NCBI GenBank assembly: GCA_031550435.1
Contig: JAVBOO010000022.1
Span: forward strand, 5,418 to 69,417
DNA: 64,000 bases
Direction of reading: 5' to 3'
Source: Eubacteriales bacterium
GTDB taxonomy: Bacteria; Bacillota; Clostridia; Lachnospirales; WRAX01
The translations under genes and the position numbers were made by a program. This document shows positions 35,648 to 43,336 of the stretch, piece after piece (the stretch's first letter is position 1; each line of letters opens with the position of its first letter). The notes under the pieces are model-generated. The model made no database searches, had not been told where the DNA came from, and saw only the letters and a list, made by a program, of their open reading frames with translations.

Positions 35648-37240
35648 CTACCGCGCCTTTGCAAAATACACTGTCTTGCCGCCCGTGACAGTTCTCAGGA
35701 CGGCCGCGTTCTTAATCTCATGCTTCGGTATGCGGAAAATATTGCGGTCAATTACGACAATGTCGGCCAGTTTGCCGACTTCGAGCGTTCCTTTCTTGTC
35801 TTCTTCAAATGTCGCATAAGCCGCATTTGAAGTAAACAATCGTACCGCCTCTCTAACCGTCAGACATTCGCCCGGTATAAACACGTTTTCGCAGAGCTCG
35901 TCTGTCAGCTTGCTTCTGTTCACGGCATAGTGGATGTTTTCAAGCACATTGAAAGAACACACGGGAGCATCGGAACCACCGCTGACCGGTATGCCGGATT
36001 CGACCGCACTTTTAAACGCATATGCCGTTTGTGTGCGCCGCCTGCCGATTCTCTTTTCGCAAATATCCATATCGTCTTCTATAAACACGGGTTGGATAAG
36101 CGCTATCATTCCCGCGTTTTTCATGCGCTCCAATATCTCCGGAGTTGTGATTTGAGCGTGTATTAATCCGTGTCTCAGCGTATTCGGTCTGCCGTTTAGC
36201 GCTCGTTCCACGGCGTTTATCACCCATTCACAAGCTTTGTCGCCGATTGCGTGCGACAAGGACTGTATGCCCAGCTCGTTTGCCGCGGAAATAAAGCAGT
36301 CGATCTCGCTTTCACTCATCGCAGCGACGCCGAAGTTATGCGGGTCGCCCTCGTAATGCTCGTTCAGCAAGGCGGTTGCGGCTCCCAACGAGCCGTCGGT
36401 AAACAGCTTTAAAGGGCCCGGCTTGAAAAAGTCCGAGTGTTTTCCGTATTCTCCGCTTTCAACAAACACTTTCAGCTCGTCTGTGCTGCCAAAGCAGCAT
36501 TGCAGATTAAATCGAACGGTCAATTCTCCGTTTTCGTCGAGAGAACGGAACGCGGATATAAGCCTCCAATCCCCGAAATAGTCGTTTGTTCCGGCTGATG
36601 TTATGCCGCAGGCGTTTAACTTCCCGGAAATAAATTTTATCAGCTCGGAGTATTCTTCCTCGGTTGTTTCGGAGTTTTCGGAAAGCGCCTCGCTCAGTAC
36701 TCCCATAGCGTTTTCTTTAAGTATGCCGTTTTCTTCATCGACATTATGTCTGACACTTTCATAATCCGGCGAATTTATAACAATTTCAAGGCTTTTCGAG
36801 TTAACAAGCATAACATGCCCGCAGATACGGTATATCCTGAGCGGAAAATCCTTGCAGCATTCGTCCAGCTCAGAAACGGTCGGATACCTCTTTTCTTCAA
36901 GCCGTTCCTGATTGAAACCCACTCCGGTTATAACACCTTTATGCGCATTTGTCCCGATAAACTCAGCAATCTTTTTCTTTAAGTCTCCTATGTGTTTTAC
37001 ATCGTCGAGCATAAGCCTGCGGCTGTTCGACGCACAATTGACGGCATGCATGTGAGTATCGTTAAAGCCGGGCAAAACCAGGCAGCCTTTCAAGTCGATT
37101 TTCTCTGCCGACGGGAGTCCGGCCGCCTCGGCATTCGTGCCGAGAAAAGCTATTTTCCCGTCTTTTATACCGCAGGCCTCATAAACCGAGTTGTTTACGT
37201 CCATAGTTTCTATTACCGCGTTGTAAAAAACAGTATCCAC
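35648..37240 (-). CDS. Amidohydrolase-family metal hydrolase (YtcJ-like)
   Basis: 530 aa. PGFNDTHMH metal-binding motif and the C-terminal GSDAPV block. Confidence 0.8.
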   Translation of the reverse strand: MDTVFYNAVIETMDVNNSVYEACGIKDGKIAFLGTNAEAAGLPSAEKIDLKGCLVLPGFNDTHMHAVNCASNSRRLMLDDVKHIGDLKKKIAEFIGTNAHKGVITGVGFNQERLEEKRYPTVSELDECCKDFPLRIYRICGHVMLVNSKSLEIVINSPDYESVRHNVDEENGILKENAMGVLSEALSENSETTEEEYSELIKFISGKLNACGITSAGTNDYFGDWRLISAFRSLDENGELTVRFNLQCCFGSTDELKVFVESGEYGKHSDFFKPGPLKLFTDGSLGAATALLNEHYEGDPHNFGVAAMSESEIDCFISAANELGIQSLSHAIGDKACEWVINAVERALNGRPNTLRHGLIHAQITTPEILERMKNAGMIALIQPVFIEDDMDICEKRIGRRRTQTAYAFKSAVESGIPVSGGSDAPVCSFNVLENIHYAVNRSKLTDELCENVFIPGECLTVREAVRLFTSNAAYATFEEDKKGTLEVGKLADIVVIDRNIFRIPKHEIKNAAVLRTVTGGKTVYFAKAR

Positions 37241-37270
37241 AATATACTCCGTTCGGCTCGGTAGAAAGAC

Positions 37271-37837
37271 CTACTTAACGCCATTTTCGTTATTTCCCGT
37301 ATCCTTATACGGACTCGTTTCGACTCCTATTTTATCAAAAGGAAACCATCTGCACAGCACCTTGCCGATAATTTCGCCCTTATCGAACGGGCCAAGCATG
37401 CGGCTGTCCACCGAAACGGCTCTGTTGTCTCCCATGACAAAATATTCGCCGGCCTCAAGCTGGACTTTCATTTCTCCGTAGGTCGTGCTTGTGATATATT
37501 CTTCTTCTAACTTATCTCCGTTTATATACACGCTTCCTCCGGAAATAAGTACGCTTTCGTGCGGCAAGCCTATAATACGTTTGAGTATAAGCTTCTCGTC
37601 TCCTATCGCGTCTGTTTCGCATACGACAACGTCTCCCCGGGCAAAATCACCGGAGTATGCCAAAAAACGGGAGATAAACAATCTATCTCCCGTATGAAAG
37701 TTCTCTTCCATCGAAATCCCGTCAACCTTGACGGGCCAACAAAGGAAAAACATGATACACGCGACCGCTGCTGCGGTTAAAAGAGGCATGAGCCACTCGG
37801 ATGTAAGTTTCTTTTTACGCACGACTGCTTTTTCCAT
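37271..37837 (-). CDS. lepB: Signal peptidase I
   Basis: N-terminal TM helix, VDGISMEENF (Ser), LKRIIG (Lys), GDNRAVSVDSR. Confidence 0.88.
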   Translation of the reverse strand: MEKAVVRKKKLTSEWLMPLLTAAAVACIMFFLCWPVKVDGISMEENFHTGDRLFISRFLAYSGDFARGDVVVCETDAIGDEKLILKRIIGLPHESVLISGGSVYINGDKLEEEYITSTTYGEMKVQLEAGEYFVMGDNRAVSVDSRMLGPFDKGEIIGKVLCRWFPFDKIGVETSPYKDTGNNENGVK

Positions 37838-37840
37838 GAT

Positions 37841-39055
37841 TTAATACAATTTTATGTGCTGAGGTATGCCGTTTTTGTATTTCACGTTCGCCTCACCCTG
37901 CACAAGAGGTTTTAAATATTCCAGCATTTTTTCGTTTACATTGTTTTTCTTATCGTTAAGCCATTCGATCGGAACTTTTTTCTCAAAGTTAGCGATGTTC
38001 GAGACGCTCGTCGTTCCTATTCTAAACGTGTACGGCTCGCTCGTAAGACGCTCGATATACGGCATTTCTCCGCTGATCCCGTTAAGCGCCCTGTCAAGAG
38101 CGGCTTCGCCGAGCATCATCGATTCTTCGAGGTCGCAAAGGCTCGCAATATGACCGGAACAGCGCTGCATGAGCGAAAAATCTATAGTTCTGACTTTGCA
38201 GCCGATATGCGTGCTTATAAGCTGCTCAAGATATTTCCCGGCTCCTGATAAGAACTTGTGTCCGAAACTGTCCGTGCCCTTTGTTGTCTCTTTTTCGCAG
38301 AGATAGGTTCCGTTAGCGTCTTTAACGCCTTCGCTGACGACTATCACCGCATAGGAGGATGTTTCGTATATTGCTTTTACGTCGGCAATAAACACCTCGT
38401 CGTCGAAAGGAACTTCCGGAAGATATATAAGATGAGGAGTCGGCCCTCCGTTAAGACCCGAGAGGCAAGCAGAAGCTGCAAGCCAGCCCGTGTTTCTGCC
38501 CATAGTTTCGACAATTACCGCCTGTTTCGAATCATATACCCTAACATCCAACATAACTTCTGCCATAGTTATCCCGATATACTTTGCCGCCGTTCCGAAA
38601 CCCGGCGTATGATCGGTCACACAAAGGTCGTTATCTATAGTCTTTGGCGCGCCCATAATCTGTATGTCCTTTATTCCGTTTTCGGCGCAGTAAATCGAAA
38701 GCTTGTTGACTGTATCCATTGAGTCGTTGCCGCCGATATAAACGAAGTAGGCGATTTCGAACTCTCTGAATATCTCGATAATTTTTTGGAATGTCTCCGG
38801 CTTGTTATCGAGCTTGTAACGGCAGGTCCCGAGCGCGGCTGCCGGCGTATGTACAAGCATCGACATACTTTCGACGCTTGACAGCATCGGACCGATTTCT
38901 TTTATGTTCTTGCTCAGTATACCCTTAATTCCGTTTATGCCGCCGTATATCTTGTCAACTTTGCCGCTGATAAACGCCTTCTTGCAAACTCCCGCAAGCG
39001 TCGCGTTAATGGCTGCGGTAGGCCCTCCCGATTGTGCAACAAGCAAATTTTTCAT
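37841..39055 (-). CDS. pfp: 6-phosphofructokinase, long clade with a PPi-dependent signature
   Basis: GGNDS has Asp where E. coli PfkA has Gly104, and PKTIDND has Lys where PfkA has Gly124. This pair is the classical PPi-PFK signature. ATG 39055 has GGAG 9 nt upstream. Confidence 0.8.
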   Translation of the reverse strand: MKNLLVAQSGGPTAAINATLAGVCKKAFISGKVDKIYGGINGIKGILSKNIKEIGPMLSSVESMSMLVHTPAAALGTCRYKLDNKPETFQKIIEIFREFEIAYFVYIGGNDSMDTVNKLSIYCAENGIKDIQIMGAPKTIDNDLCVTDHTPGFGTAAKYIGITMAEVMLDVRVYDSKQAVIVETMGRNTGWLAASACLSGLNGGPTPHLIYLPEVPFDDEVFIADVKAIYETSSYAVIVVSEGVKDANGTYLCEKETTKGTDSFGHKFLSGAGKYLEQLISTHIGCKVRTIDFSLMQRCSGHIASLCDLEESMMLGEAALDRALNGISGEMPYIERLTSEPYTFRIGTTSVSNIANFEKKVPIEWLNDKKNNVNEKMLEYLKPLVQGEANVKYKNGIPQHIKLY

Positions 39056-39221
39056 AGCGTTCAACTCCTGTTCTCGTTTTTCCTTATATGTTTGCGTGAA
39101 TCGTTTAAGACCGTTTCGCTTAACGATTTTTGATGACTTTGCTTGAGATTTCTGTTAAGTCGCATAAAGCAAAAACAAATTTTATCATATTAATTATATC
39201 AAAGAAAACACCTTTGTAAAT

Positions 39222-39463
39222 ATTACTTCGGCAACAAAATATAGAAAAGCGCTATATTTTGTTGTTCCCTCGCTAAGACGCAGAAACGCGTCTGCTCGGC
39301 ACGAGTAACCGCGTAAAAGGAAATGTTGAAAATTGCGCACGAAACTCACTTTAGTGGGTTGAGCGAGCGGCGCTCTCCTTTGAAAAATGGTGTTTTCCCA
39401 TTTTCAATGGAAAGCCGCAAGGCGATTTTTCAACATGCCCCTATATTGTGTTGCCGAAGTAAT
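39222..39463. repeat. Composite 242-bp element with perfect 15-bp terminal inverted repeats, containing module E copy 2
   Basis: ATTACTTCGGCAACA (39222-39236) pairs with TGTTGCCGAAGTAAT (39449-39463). Interior: module B hairpin, a minimal C hairpin AGACGC-agaaac-GCGTCT, a half of module A, then module E (39316-39441). Confidence 0.9.
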
Positions 39464-39516
39464 ACTTTTTCCTGCGACCGTCAAGGCTTTTGTGCATAAA
39501 GTACAGTCTTTGCAAT

Positions 39517-39549
39517 AAATCACGAAAAAATTTGTGATTTATTTTTTTG
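39517..39549 (+). terminator. Plus-strand intrinsic terminator with no plus-strand CDS upstream
   Basis: AAATCAC...GTGATTT stem followed by ATTTTTTTG. It lies 54 nt downstream of the composite repeat. Confidence 0.6.
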
Positions 39550-39558
39550 TTTAATACC

Positions 39559-39587
39559 TTGCAATATATAATAGCGTGTGTTATATT
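39559..39587 (+). promoter_or_regulatory. Strong sigma-A-type promoter of the sORF-padR-HAAS/DUF4097 operon
   Basis: TTGCAA (39559-39564), a 17-nt spacer ending in TGt, then TATATT (39582-39587). Confidence 0.65.
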
Positions 39588-39639
39588 ATATCCATCGAAG
39601 CAAGATACCAAATAAAATAAATCTCCAGGAGGGATAAAT

Positions 39640-39792
39640 ATGAAAAAAACAAACAGGATGACAGCCAAGCAGATATACGGAGCTACAAGCCCGACAATAA
39701 ACGATTGGCGCAAGCTTTCGGACTATAAATCACTTCCGTTCGCAGATCCCTTTCTCTCAATGCAGAACTACTCGCTTGTAACTATAAGATAA
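39640..39792 (+). CDS. 50-codon sORF (MKKTNRMTAKQIYGATSPTINDWRKLSDYKSLPFADPFLSMQNYSLVTIR)
   Basis: CCAGGAGGG RBS 6 nt upstream, located 46 nt downstream of the predicted TSS. No terminator before padR. Below the ORF-track cutoff. Confidence 0.4.
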   Translation: MKKTNRMTAKQIYGATSPTINDWRKLSDYKSLPFADPFLSMQNYSLVTIR

Positions 39793-39856
39793 TACATGAT
39801 ACCATAATATGTTTAAAACAGATACTCGAAATATAGCATTAGAGGAGGAAACAGCT

Positions 39857-40165
39857 TTGAACATTCAACTTAAAAAAGGCAACTTGGATCTCTGTGTTCT
39901 CGCTCTGTTGGCAAAGTCGGATATGTACGGCTATGAGCTCGTCAACAGAATATCCGTGGAGATAGAAATTTCAGAAGGTACGATTTATCCCTTGCTCAAG
40001 AGGATAAAAGAAGACGGGTTTGTTACAACCTATCTTAAAGAATCAAGCGAGGGGCCGCCTAGGAAGTACTACTCGATTACGAAAACAGGCTTAAACAAAA
40101 AAGAAGTCCTTGAAAGCGAATGGTTCGGTTTCGTTGAAGGCATCAACAGAATTATTAGGGGGTAG
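39857..40165 (+). CDS. PadR-family transcriptional regulator
   Basis: LCVLALLAKSDMYGYELVNRI...EGTIYPLLKRIKEDGFV...RKYYSITKTG. TTG 39857 has GGAGGA 7 nt upstream and is preferred over ATG 39809. Confidence 0.85.
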   Translation: MNIQLKKGNLDLCVLALLAKSDMYGYELVNRISVEIEISEGTIYPLLKRIKEDGFVTTYLKESSEGPPRKYYSITKTGLNKKEVLESEWFGFVEGINRIIRG

Positions 40166-40169
40166 GCAG

Positions 40170-41804
40170 ATGAACAAAGATACATTTCTCGGAATTATCA
40201 GAAACAAACTCGGCAACATCCGTCCCGATGTGCTGGACGAAATCATCACCGACTTTGAGGAACATTTTGTCGTAGCCGCCGAAAACGGAGCTACCGAAGA
40301 AGAAATATGCAAAATACTCGGAGACCCGAGCGAAATTGCCCGCCAATATCTCGAAGAGCTTTCAGGATATCAGACGAACAGGCAAAACATCAAAGACGCC
40401 GAAACCGAAGATGCGAGACCCGAAGAAAAAAGCAGACCCGAAGAATCCGCCGGAGAAGACTCCGAATGGGCGGAGCGGGAGCAATACCGAGACAACGGAC
40501 GCAGTACGTTTGATTTTAAGAGCGATTTCAACGACATCGGCGAAACTATAAAAAACAGCTTAAACAGCCTGAAGGACGCTTTCGATAAAGGTAAACTCGC
40601 CGATGATATACAGCGCAGCGTTGCCGATATACAGCGTACTGTTATCAACAACAAGGCATTTCAAAATTCACTGCGAAAAACAAACGAAAAACTGCGCAAA
40701 TCGTTCGGCAAAGACAATTTTAACTTTAATTTTTTTACGAATGACGATTTCGAAGAGCCCGGTGATTTCTCGGGCGAGCCGACAGTATACCTCTCGCCGG
40801 ATGAAATCAAGTCGTTCGAACTGTCGTGTAAGCGCGCCGTTATCGATATCGTGAAGTCCGAAACCGATAAATTCGTTATCGATTTTAACATGGGCGATGA
40901 TGTCTCCTATAGGCTTGTGAACAGAGAAGGCCACGTATACGTTACAGACGCGTTCTCCGGAAGACGCAGTAAAATGTTTGACCAATGCACGATAAAGGTA
41001 CCCGCCGGCTATACCGGGCCGATTGCAATAAAAACTATGTCAGGCGATATAAACGTTTCCGATTTGCGTACTTGCAACAAAGCAACAGTAAACACGGTTT
41101 CAGGCAATATAGATATTCACGATTGTGAAGCCCTGATAATTCCAAACAGCGCGTCGGGCGATATAAATATTGTTAACTGCAATATTGCATTCGAAGGAGA
41201 AGCTCCGAAAAGGCTCACTGTCCATACTGCGTCCGGAAATATCAAAGTCAGCGAATTCGAAAGCAGCATCCCCATATCGCTGGATACAGGCTCCGGAGAC
41301 GTTGAACTGCTGGAATCATCCGCGCCGGCCTCAATCAGGTCAGGCTCGGGCGATATTACGGTTGACGAACTCGATGGCGACGTTTCTGTCTCGACAGGCT
41401 CGGGAGACGTTAAAATACGCGCCCACTGCGGAAATGTCATGGTAGGCACGGGTTCCGGAGACATCGAATATGTCGGAAGCGTTATCGATAGGGAAACAAA
41501 ACTCAGAACAGGCTCCGGAGATATCAAATTCTCCGTTAAAGAAGCGCTTGCGCCGATTGTACTCGAAACGACTGTAGGGACGATCTATACAAAAATCAAA
41601 AATACAGACGGCGAAATTGTTGCGAGAACCACAACGGGCGATGTAAGAATGAAACTCGGCAGGGAATCAAACATTAATATAACGACAGATTCCGGCGAGT
41701 TCAGAGACAAGCGCGAAAACAAGGAAATAAACAGGCAAAAACCCGTCCGGGAAATAACCATCGGAGCCAGAAGAGGCAGAGTACTGATAGAAGACCTGGA
41801 CTAG
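40170..41804 (+). CDS. DUF1700/HAAS N-terminal domain, acidic linker, and a DUF4097-type beta-helix with no TM segment
   Basis: N-terminus FLGIIRNKLGNIRPDVLDEIITDFEEHF...GATEEEICKILGDPSEIARQY. The C-terminus has about 10 repeats of (T/S)xSG(D/N)(I/V). No hydrophobic stretch of 18 aa or more. Confidence 0.75.
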   Translation: MNKDTFLGIIRNKLGNIRPDVLDEIITDFEEHFVVAAENGATEEEICKILGDPSEIARQYLEELSGYQTNRQNIKDAETEDARPEEKSRPEESAGEDSEWAEREQYRDNGRSTFDFKSDFNDIGETIKNSLNSLKDAFDKGKLADDIQRSVADIQRTVINNKAFQNSLRKTNEKLRKSFGKDNFNFNFFTNDDFEEPGDFSGEPTVYLSPDEIKSFELSCKRAVIDIVKSETDKFVIDFNMGDDVSYRLVNREGHVYVTDAFSGRRSKMFDQCTIKVPAGYTGPIAIKTMSGDINVSDLRTCNKATVNTVSGNIDIHDCEALIIPNSASGDINIVNCNIAFEGEAPKRLTVHTASGNIKVSEFESSIPISLDTGSGDVELLESSAPASIRSGSGDITVDELDGDVSVSTGSGDVKIRAHCGNVMVGTGSGDIEYVGSVIDRETKLRTGSGDIKFSVKEALAPIVLETTVGTIYTKIKNTDGEIVARTTTGDVRMKLGRESNINITTDSGEFRDKRENKEINRQKPVREITIGARRGRVLIEDLD

Positions 41805-41832
41805 CCCACCATTCACAAACCATAAATTGCAC

Positions 41833-41876
41833 AAAAAACTTCGCCGTCGGGCATAATCCGGCGGTGAAGTTTTTTG
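41833..41876. terminator. Bidirectional terminator between convergent genes
   Basis: AAAAAACTTCGCCG...CGGCGgtGAAGTTTTTT. Confidence 0.65.
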
Positions 41877-41911
41877 TATTACGCCAATTATAACCGTGGA
41901 AGTTAAACAGC

Positions 41912-42904
41912 TCACACCTTGCTTTTTACCACATATATTATCCCGCTCCAGGCTTTTTCGACCTGAGCCTCGGCATAATACTTCTTGACCTTTGTCTCGT
42001 CCGGATCAGCGGGGTCGTTTACGATAATGTAATCCGTTCCGTCAACGCATTCATATCCCACAACTGCAATAAGATGCCCGTGCGGATATGCCTGCGGCGC
42101 TCCTTCAATATCACTGATACTCGTTGTCGCAATCGAAAACGAGACGGGATACCCTTCGGACAGATATTTTTTAACTGTCTCGATACTCTCGCAGCGCTCT
42201 ACATACGCTTCAAAGCCGAGTTCGCTTGCCGCCGCAACGGTATACGACCAGTTTCCGTACATATCTCCGCCGCTATCATATGACAATTCGGCAAAATCCA
42301 AAGTCGGTATTTTTCGTCCGTGGTACTCGAGTATCATGGCAAGCGAGGTCGGACTGCAAATTATGTTCCCGATTTCGGGCACAACCATCTGCGACCTTCC
42401 GGGAACGGGAAGATAAACACTTTCCTTGATTTTCGCGCTTTGTGCCGTCCTTTCGTCCGAATACTTCGGAGATACCGCAAGCAGGCTGACCTCGGGAGAA
42501 GTGCAGCCCGAGTTATCGCGTCTAAGGAAAATTTTGCACTGAAACGCCGTTCCGTCAGCTCTGACGGCAAAAACGGTATCATCGATTATCTTCGCGTACT
42601 CGCCGGCAGCACATGAACTGCCGCTCCTCTTCCCCAAAAACGACGACCATCTGCCGTAAGAAAACCAGTCTGACATAACCTCGCCGGTTTTTATGCGAAC
42701 CTGCATCTCAACCGAAGATCTGTATCCCGTCTTAGAATTCCATGACGCGACAATATTCTTAAACGTTTGGCAGGCAAAAAGCTCGGATTCGTAGTAACCC
42801 TCGGCGCAATCGCCGTTCAGCTTGAGCTTGAAGTCCTCCGTAAGCGTTAATCCGGAAAGTTTGCCGTTCTTGAACTTTTCACCATCGATAATTAATACAG
42901 CCAT
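41912..42904 (-). CDS. Peptidase C39-like (C39_2) cysteine peptidase-domain protein with an unknown N-terminal domain
   Basis: NIICSPTSLAMILEY (Cys) and HGHLIAVVGY (His). No signal peptide. GGAGGT RBS. Confidence 0.7.
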   Translation of the reverse strand: MAVLIIDGEKFKNGKLSGLTLTEDFKLKLNGDCAEGYYESELFACQTFKNIVASWNSKTGYRSSVEMQVRIKTGEVMSDWFSYGRWSSFLGKRSGSSCAAGEYAKIIDDTVFAVRADGTAFQCKIFLRRDNSGCTSPEVSLLAVSPKYSDERTAQSAKIKESVYLPVPGRSQMVVPEIGNIICSPTSLAMILEYHGRKIPTLDFAELSYDSGGDMYGNWSYTVAAASELGFEAYVERCESIETVKKYLSEGYPVSFSIATTSISDIEGAPQAYPHGHLIAVVGYECVDGTDYIIVNDPADPDETKVKKYYAEAQVEKAWSGIIYVVKSKV

Positions 42905-42930
42905 AGCTACCTCCGAAAGCAGTTTCTTTT

Positions 42931-43172
42931 ATTACTTCGGCAATAAAATATAACGAAACCCGCGTTAAATTTTATTGTACCCTCGCTCTGGAGCAGAAAT
43001 CGCTGCTAGAATCATGCAGACGATTTCTAAGCGCTCCGGCTCGGCACGAGTAACCGCGTAAGTATTTTATGCGGTATTTATTGAGGCGACAATTAAATCA
43101 TTCGCTAAACTTGTCGCCTCAATCCCCCTTAAGCCCTCAGAGCCGGTATAAGGGGGTAACTTACGCGGTAAT
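42931..43172 (-). repeat. A-C-B element (reverse orientation) interrupted by a 76-bp module D
   Basis: ATTACTTCGGCAATAAAATATAACG... (B), GGAGCAGAAATCGCTGC... (C), then GAGTAACCGCGTAAGTATTTTATGCGGTATTTA [D] TAACTTACGCGGTAAT (A). Confidence 0.9.
43081..43156 (+). mobile_element. Short module D copy nested in the loop of module A
   Basis: Uninterrupted copies read GCGGTATTTAACTTCCGCGG. Here the sequence is GCGGTATTTA + 76 bp + TAACTTACGCGG, so TA appears on both sides. Confidence 0.6.
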
Positions 43173-43235
43173 ATTATACATAATAAAAAAGATATAGTAA
43201 ATGCTGATTTAATCAAACGGTTGCGCTCGCCAAAG

Positions 43236-43286
43236 CGGCAAAACAAAACGAACCGCGGCAAACGGCCTGTAAATCGTTTGCCGCGG
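43236..43286 (-). terminator. Intrinsic terminator of the beta-propeller gene
   Basis: 12-bp perfect stem CCGCGGCAAACG / CGTTTGCCGCGG. The minus strand continues UUCGUUUUGUUUUG. Confidence 0.7.
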
Positions 43287-43336
43287 CTCGCCGCGCTAAA
43301 GCTTTTTAACTGCCGGATAGTTCGCTTTGCCTTTCG

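Noticed and set aside
39441-39713. 90-aa minus-strand ORF
   Set aside because: It has no RBS, runs across a strong plus-strand promoter and RBS, and ends inside the terminal inverted repeat of a mosaic element. The plus-strand 50-codon sORF is better supported.
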